From assembly GCF_021298855.1 (NCBI RefSeq), contig NZ_JAJTHI010000045.1:10709-74708 (forward strand): a DNA stretch of 64,000 nucleotides, read 5' to 3'. Position 1 is the first letter of the stretch, and each line of letters starts with the position of its first letter. The translations under genes and the position numbers were made by a program. A model generated the notes under the pieces. That model searched no databases, was not told where the DNA came from, and worked only from the letters and a program-made list of their open reading frames with translations. Of the stretch, positions 57,244 to 64,000 are shown piece after piece. Origin of the DNA: Gemmatimonas sp. Its GTDB lineage: Bacteria > Gemmatimonadota > Gemmatimonadetes > Gemmatimonadales > Gemmatimonadaceae.

Positions 57244-57732
57244 TCAGGACCAAACCACCTTGGCGTCGGCAACCGCCCGGCGTCGCCGCACGAGTTGGGG
57301 ATCCTCGAACAGCTTGGCCAGCAACGCCCCCGCCACGAAACCGCCCACGTGCGCCCACACGGCCACCCCGCCCGAAATCTCCCGGCGCAGGGGGGAAAGC
57401 TCAGGCAGTCCGCTCACCACCTGGCTGCCGAACCACAGGATAAGCACGAGCCATGCCGGGAAATGCAGCAGGAAGACCGGGGGAATGAAGGTGCGTACAC
57501 GAACCCGGGGATAGAGCAGCAGATAGGCGCCCATGATGCCCGAAATGGCCCCCGACGCCCCACCGTGGGCACGGGAGAACCGGGGTCGACCGCCAGGTGC
57601 GCCATGGCCGCGGCCACACCGGTCAGCAGGTAGAACGCTACGAAGCGCCCGCGCCCCATGCTGTCCTCGACGTTGTTGCCGAAGACCCACCGGCGTGCGC
57701 AGCGTCGGGTTGTCGTCAGCGATGGGGAACAT
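57244..57732 (-). pseudogene. Rhomboid family protease with internal deletion and compensating frameshift (ORF stays open)
   Basis: [15 protein letters not shown] is joined out of frame to [12 protein letters not shown]...PTVG; frame returns at a 4-G run into [19 protein letters not shown]. Confidence 0.8.
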
Positions 57733-57835
57733 GGCATTGCACCGGTCAAATTGGCAGACTGCCGCACAGGCAGCGGGTAAAGCGCGGCTGCGCGGGCGAA
57801 TTGCGCCGCTTCGGCAGAACAAAACCGGCCCGCCC

Positions 57836-57862
57836 CTTGCCCTTCTCCCTATCGAGTGGCAG
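57836..57862 (+). promoter_or_regulatory. Degenerate CIRCE-like element upstream of dnaK
   Basis: CTTGCCCTT-N9-GAGTGGCAG versus TTAGCACTC-N9-GAGTGCTAA (5/9 and 6/9 matches). Confidence 0.35.
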
Positions 57863-57920
57863 AAGGCGCCGGCGATCCCGCCGGCCCTTCTTCAACATCA
57901 GGACCTCCACAGAGATCCCC

Positions 57921-59861
57921 ATGGCTGAGAAAGTTATCGGCATCGACCTTGGCACCACCAACTCCGTGGTGTCCGTGCTGGAAGGTGGCGATCCCATCGT
58001 GATTCCCAATGCCGAGGGCGGGCGTACGACCCCGTCCGTGGTCGGCTTTACGAAGGATGGCGAGCGCCTCGTCGGGCAGATTGCCAAGCGTCAGGCGGTC
58101 ACCAATCCGCAAAATACGATCTTCTCCATCAAGCGCTTCATGGGCCGCCGCGTGGCCGAGGCGCAGCAGGAGCAGTCGCGTGTTCCCTACAAGATCGTGG
58201 CCGGCCCCAACGATGTGGCCGCCGTGGAGGTCCAGGGCAAGCGGTTCACGCCGCCCGAGATCTCGGCCATGGTGCTGCAGAAGATGAAGCAGACGGCCGA
58301 GGACTATCTTGGCCATCAGGTGACCAAGGCGGTCATCACCGTGCCGGCCTACTTCAATGACGCTCAGCGTCAGGCCACCAAGGACGCCGGCAAGATTGCC
58401 GGCCTGGAAGTGCTGCGCATCGTGAACGAGCCCACGGCGGCGGCGCTGGCCTACGGGCTCGACAAGAACAAGAAGAAGGACGAGAAGGTCGCCGTGTTCG
58501 ACCTGGGTGGCGGCACGTACGACATCTCCATTCTCGAACTCTACGACGTGGACGGCACGCGTCAGTTCGAGGTGAAGAGCACCAACGGCGATACCCATCT
58601 GGGCGGCGACGACTTCGACCAGCGCGTCATCGACTGGCTCGTGGCGGAGTTCAAGCGCGACCAGGGGATCGATCTGTCGAAGGACCCCATGGCCATCCAG
58701 CGCCTCAAGGAGGCCGGTGAGAAGGCCAAGATGGAGCTGTCGAGCGCCAGCACGACGGATATCAACCTGCCGTTCATCACCGCCGACGCCTCGGGACCGA
58801 AGCACCTCAACTACACGCTCACGCGGGCCAAGTTCGAGCAGCTCGTGGACGATCTCGTGCAGCGCACCCTGGAGCCCATGAAGCAGGCGCTCAAGGACGC
58901 CGGCATGCAGCCCAGCGAGGTGGACGAAGTGATCCTCGTGGGCGGATCGACGCGCATCCCGAAGATTCAGCAGGTGGTGAAGGACTTCTTCGGCAAGGAG
59001 CCGAACAAGGGCGTGAACCCCGACGAAGTGGTGGCGGTGGGGGCGGCCATTCAGGGCGCGGTGCTCACCGGCGAGCAGAAGGACGTGCTGCTGCTCGACG
59101 TCACGCCGCTCTCGCTCGGTATCGAAACGCTGGGTGGCGTGATGACGGTGCTCATCCCGCGCAACACCACCATTCCCACGAAGAAGGCGGAAACGTTCTC
59201 CACCGCCGACGACAACCAGACCACGGTCGAGATCCACGTGCTGCAGGGTGAGCGCGATCTGGCGGTGTACAACCGCACGATCGGCAAGTTCCAGCTCACG
59301 GGCATCCCGCCCGCCCCGCGTGGCATGCCGCAGGTCGAGGTGACCTTCGACATCGACGCGAACGGCATCCTGCATGTGACGGCGCGCGACAAGGCGAGCG
59401 GCAAGGAGCAGAAGATCCGCATCGAAGCGTCCAGCGGCCTGTCGGACAACGAGATCGACCGCATGGTGAAGGACGCCGAGAAGAACGCGGCCGAGGACAA
59501 GAAGCGTCGCGAGGAGATCGACACCCGCAACCGGCTCGACTCGCAGACGTATGAAGTCGAGAAGAACGTCAAGGAGTGGGGCGACAAGGTGGCCGCCCCC
59601 CTCAAGGAGCGGATCGATGCGTCGATCGAGCGTGCCCGCAAGGCGCTGCGCGGTGATGACATGAACGAGATCCGCGCCGCGCAGGAAGAGCTGAGCAAGG
59701 CGTACAGTGAGGCGGGTCAGGCGTTCTACCAGCAGCAGGCGGCGCCGGACGGTGGCGCGCCGGCCGACGCGGGGGCGCCGGGCGCCCAGGGCGAGCCGCA
59801 GGGTGGCAAGGCCGACGACGTGGTCGAAGCCGACTACGAGATCGTCGACGACAAGAAGTAG
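57921..59861 (+). CDS. dnaK: Chaperone DnaK
   Basis: [48 protein letters not shown]. Confidence 0.99.
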   Translation: MAEKVIGIDLGTTNSVVSVLEGGDPIVIPNAEGGRTTPSVVGFTKDGERLVGQIAKRQAVTNPQNTIFSIKRFMGRRVAEAQQEQSRVPYKIVAGPNDVAAVEVQGKRFTPPEISAMVLQKMKQTAEDYLGHQVTKAVITVPAYFNDAQRQATKDAGKIAGLEVLRIVNEPTAAALAYGLDKNKKKDEKVAVFDLGGGTYDISILELYDVDGTRQFEVKSTNGDTHLGGDDFDQRVIDWLVAEFKRDQGIDLSKDPMAIQRLKEAGEKAKMELSSASTTDINLPFITADASGPKHLNYTLTRAKFEQLVDDLVQRTLEPMKQALKDAGMQPSEVDEVILVGGSTRIPKIQQVVKDFFGKEPNKGVNPDEVVAVGAAIQGAVLTGEQKDVLLLDVTPLSLGIETLGGVMTVLIPRNTTIPTKKAETFSTADDNQTTVEIHVLQGERDLAVYNRTIGKFQLTGIPPAPRGMPQVEVTFDIDANGILHVTARDKASGKEQKIRIEASSGLSDNEIDRMVKDAEKNAAEDKKRREEIDTRNRLDSQTYEVEKNVKEWGDKVAAPLKERIDASIERARKALRGDDMNEIRAAQEELSKAYSEAGQAFYQQQAAPDGGAPADAGAPGAQGEPQGGKADDVVEADYEIVDDKK

Positions 59862-59880
59862 GCACGCCCGTTCATGCCAG

Positions 59881-59906
59881 GCCCCGCCGGAAACTCCCGG
59901 CGGGGC
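59881..59906 (+). terminator. Terminator-like hairpin after dnaK
   Basis: 10-bp stem GCCCCGCCGG/CCGGCGGGGC, then TTCGGTGTCTT. Confidence 0.6.
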
Positions 59907-59975
59907 TTCGGTGTCTTATCATGGCAGGTGCGCGTTTCGCGCGTGCGTATCGCAACACCAAACGACCAACGAACC

Positions 59976-61505
<1,530 letters not shown>

Positions 61506-61533
61506 TGCGCGGGTAGTCCTGCGAGAGCTCGCG

Positions 61534-61574
61534 AAAAGAGCCCGGATGGCAACGCCTCACCGCCATCCGGGCTC
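61534..61574. terminator. Hairpin between convergent degP and outer-membrane protein genes
   Basis: 13-bp stem GAGCCCGGATGGC/GCCATCCGGGCTC, preceded by AAAA. Confidence 0.7.
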
Positions 61575-61627
61575 GATTCATACTGCTCACTTACCCTCTA
61601 GTGCTTCAGCGGCGACCCTTTCGCCGG

Positions 61628-62200
61628 TCAACGCCCGAAGAGGTAGAGCGACGCGCCCGCCTGCACTCTCGTTCCCGTGGACGTGAACTGCTGGTCGATC
61701 GTGTTGCCCGACAGCTGGTTGGCGCGCGTCAGGTTGCCGAAGGTCCACAGGGCGGTGCCGTGCACCGCCAGCCCCGACGACAGGAACAGCTGCACACCGC
61801 CGCCGCCGGTAGGCGCGATGCTTTCAAAGTCACGACCGGCGTTGGCGCTGCGGGCGGTGGCGCCGCCGGTCACGAAGAGCTTCAGCGGAGACGCCGCGCC
61901 AATGAGATGCAGCCGCAGCAACGCGTCGTATTGCGTGAGTCGCACGTCGGCGCTGTTGCCGGTGAGGAGGCTGCGATCGAAGTTGGCCAGCACACTCCAC
62001 CGTTCGCTCAGCCCCACCCCGGCGTGCACGCCGAAGCCATTGCCGAACTCGAGATCCTCGGCGGCCTCCTGCACGTTTACGGACGCGCCGGCATATTGGA
62101 TGCCCACGAACAGCCCCTTGCCGGACTGTGCCTCGGCCTTCGCGGCCGCCGTTGCGGACAGGGCGGCGGCCGCGAGAGCCGCGCGCAGCATACGGGTCAT
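61628..62200 (-). CDS. Small outer-membrane beta-barrel protein
   Basis: Signal peptide, alternating beta-strands, C-terminal ASLYLF; AGGAG RBS. Confidence 0.8.
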   Translation of the reverse strand: MTRMLRAALAAAALSATAAAKAEAQSGKGLFVGIQYAGASVNVQEAAEDLEFGNGFGVHAGVGLSERWSVLANFDRSLLTGNSADVRLTQYDALLRLHLIGAASPLKLFVTGGATARSANAGRDFESIAPTGGGGVQLFLSSGLAVHGTALWTFGNLTRANQLSGNTIDQQFTSTGTRVQAGASLYLFGR

Positions 62201-62214
62201 GATGTCTCCTGCAG

Positions 62215-63129
62215 TCAGTCGGTGTTGATGAAGCGGTAGAGTACGCGGATGAGACGGTACGCATCCGGCATGGACTCGCGGGTGAATTCCATCGTCGTCG
62301 CGTCCACCAGGCGGATCTCCCGGAAGGCCGCGGCTACCTCCGGAATCGTCGGGTCGCGCATTTCCATGCGTACCGTGTAGCGGGCCAGACGTTCCGGCGG
62401 CGCCTTCCGTGCCGCGGCCACCGCCGCCTTGGCGGCGTCCTGAATGTCCCGACGCGCATCGGCGAGCGGACGCAACTCCACCGCCCGCGAGTTGATGGCG
62501 CGCTTCACTACCACGCCCCGCACCGTGGGCACGGTGGCCTTCTGTTCCTCCACGGCCACGTCATCGCCGGTGACCAGGATCACCGGCACGCCGTACCAGC
62601 GCGCGAGAAAGGCGTTCATGCCCCCCTCGCCAACCGAGAGCCCGTTGATCTGCAGGTCACGCAGAACGCCCGAGCCGGTGTGCGCGAAGACCCCGCGTGG
62701 CGACCCGGCCTTGGCATGGTAGCCCACGAAGATCACCGCGTCGAAGGTGGAGTCGAGCCCCTCCATCATGCCGTAGCGCTTGAAGCTGTGGCTGATGAGG
62801 CGCACGCGGGGATCGAGATCCTCCGGCAGGATGTTGCGCTGGCTGCCGTGCGAATCGTTCACGACCACCTCGGTGGCCCCGCCCTCGAAGGCCCCGCGAA
62901 TGGCGGCGTTGGCATCTTCGGCCATGAGCTTGCGGGCACGCCCGTACTCGGCGCCGGCGGCGGAGGTCTGGTTGTCACCGTTCACGCCACTGATGCCCTC
63001 CATGTCCACGGAGATGTAGACCTTGCGGGCCTGGGAGGACGCCGTGTCGGGCGAGAGCGTCAGGGCGACAAGCGCGGACAGCGCGAGGCGAAGTGATCGC
63101 ATGGGGAGCAGGGTGAAGGTGGTCGGCAT
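62215..63129 (-). CDS. M55 family (DppA-like) D-aminopeptidase, secreted
   Basis: VYISVDMEGISGV, VNDSHG, VGYHA, AHT, GEGG, TGDD. Confidence 0.9.
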   Translation of the reverse strand: MPTTFTLLPMRSLRLALSALVALTLSPDTASSQARKVYISVDMEGISGVNGDNQTSAAGAEYGRARKLMAEDANAAIRGAFEGGATEVVVNDSHGSQRNILPEDLDPRVRLISHSFKRYGMMEGLDSTFDAVIFVGYHAKAGSPRGVFAHTGSGVLRDLQINGLSVGEGGMNAFLARWYGVPVILVTGDDVAVEEQKATVPTVRGVVVKRAINSRAVELRPLADARRDIQDAAKAAVAAARKAPPERLARYTVRMEMRDPTIPEVAAAFREIRLVDATTMEFTRESMPDAYRLIRVLYRFINTD

Positions 63130-63145
63130 GCAGGGCGAAGATTGT

Positions 63146-64000
63146 TCAGCGGCACCCGGGCAGGCGGAAAGCGCCAATGCGCGTGGTGTAGCTGGTGGCG
63201 CCGGCGGGCAGATAGTCGCCCACGTACCAGATCGTGCAGTCGTCCACCGGGTCGATGGCCGTCTGCGTGTAGTCCTCCCACCGCAACGTGGTCTGCTGTG
63301 CGGCGGCCCCGTTGGCCAGCACGACCTCCCGGAAGCCGAGCGTCCCGAGGGGATGCCGTGGCGCGCGCCCGGCGAATCGCTGCCCGGGGAACGTGTGGGC
63401 ATCGCCGACGGAGTACCCGATACCGATGTTGCCTAGCCGGTCCATTGCCGCACTGGGGAGCCATCGGTACAGGCTGTCGGGAGTAAAGGTGCCCTGCTGA
63501 TGCACGGTCATGGTGCCACTCGCCGCATATCGCAGTTCATACCAGCGCACGCCACCCGTGCCGCGACTGCTGTTGATGCTGTGCGTGGCCACGAGCGACG
63601 CGTGGCCGGCAAACTGCCGGTACACCAGCCTCGGCATGAGCTTGTCGCCTTGCGCATCGAGCCGGCGGTCGGTGCCAGGTTGCGGCACGCAACTGGTGAG
63701 CTGGCCACCGCACAGATAGCGGTACGGCGCGACCGGAATGCGCTCGGGACCGGTGAGCTGTGTGCGGGCGGTGTCCTGCCAATTGACCGCAAAGCGCCAC
63801 AGCTGCAGCTCGTCGCTGTCCACGTTGCCCGCCAACTGTGTCCCCCCGGTCGCGAGCACGAGATTGGGCGTTCCGGCCGGGGGCAACCGCCGTCCGTCGA
63901 GATCGGCGGTATTGAGGAAGTTGACCCCGGGCACGATGCGGCACAGTTCACGCGCGGGCTCGCCGCGCAGCATGCGCGCCCGTTCGGCGACGCACACATG
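63146..64000 (-). CDS. C-terminal part of a large hypothetical protein (runs off window end)
   Basis: LVYR..GVRWYELR..QQGT..RW..GNIGIGYS..RWEDY..IDPVDDCTIWY pattern. Confidence 0.75.
   Translation of the reverse strand, partial: HVCVAERARMLRGEPARELCRIVPGVNFLNTADLDGRRLPPAGTPNLVLATGGTQLAGNVDSDELQLWRFAVNWQDTARTQLTGPERIPVAPYRYLCGGQLTSCVPQPGTDRRLDAQGDKLMPRLVYRQFAGHASLVATHSINSSRGTGGVRWYELRYAASGTMTVHQQGTFTPDSLYRWLPSAAMDRLGNIGIGYSVGDAHTFPGQRFAGRAPRHPLGTLGFREVVLANGAAAQQTTLRWEDYTQTAIDPVDDCTIWYVGDYLPAGATSYTTRIGAFRLPGCR

Overview
This is a GC-rich (roughly 68-70% by eye) chromosomal window from a Gram-negative bacterium. The gene content (VPS10-like proteins, barrel-less plug/TonB proteins, many lipoproteins) suggests Gemmatimonadota, which is an inference. 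I found about 55 CDS and no rRNA, tRNA, CRISPR array, integrase or transposase. Left half: exported hydrolases (tricorn-type S41 protease, alkaline-phosphatase-superfamily enzyme, two VPS10/BNR proteins, GGT, two N-acyl-D-amino-acid deacylases, an MBL hydrolase) and housekeeping genes (icd, rpsP-rimM-trmD, sulP-can, ffh, lon). Right half: a ~22 kb phosphate/nucleotide-scavenging supercluster. It contains a tandem 5'-nucleotidase, a small beta-grasp-like protein, add and PNP; udk-phoB-phoR; cobB; a TonB-dependent receptor, a beta-helix lipoprotein, an unknown lipoprotein, an orphan pstS and ppx; and DUF47-pit-ppk1. Several of its promoters carry 11-bp-phased GTNAC repeats resembling Pho boxes. 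The window ends with dnaK, degP, an outer-membrane barrel, an M55 peptidase and a partial gene. Best candidate for an undescribed system: a Pho-regulated TonB-dependent uptake module lacking PstCAB in the window. Other oddities are a rhomboid gene with a deletion plus compensating frameshift, a prepilin peptidase lacking its GxGD aspartate, a carbonic anhydrase with an encapsulation-peptide-like tail, hairpins built from 7- and 8-mer repeats, and mostly Shine-Dalgarno-free or leaderless starts. All calls come from motif recognition by eye; no database searches were run.
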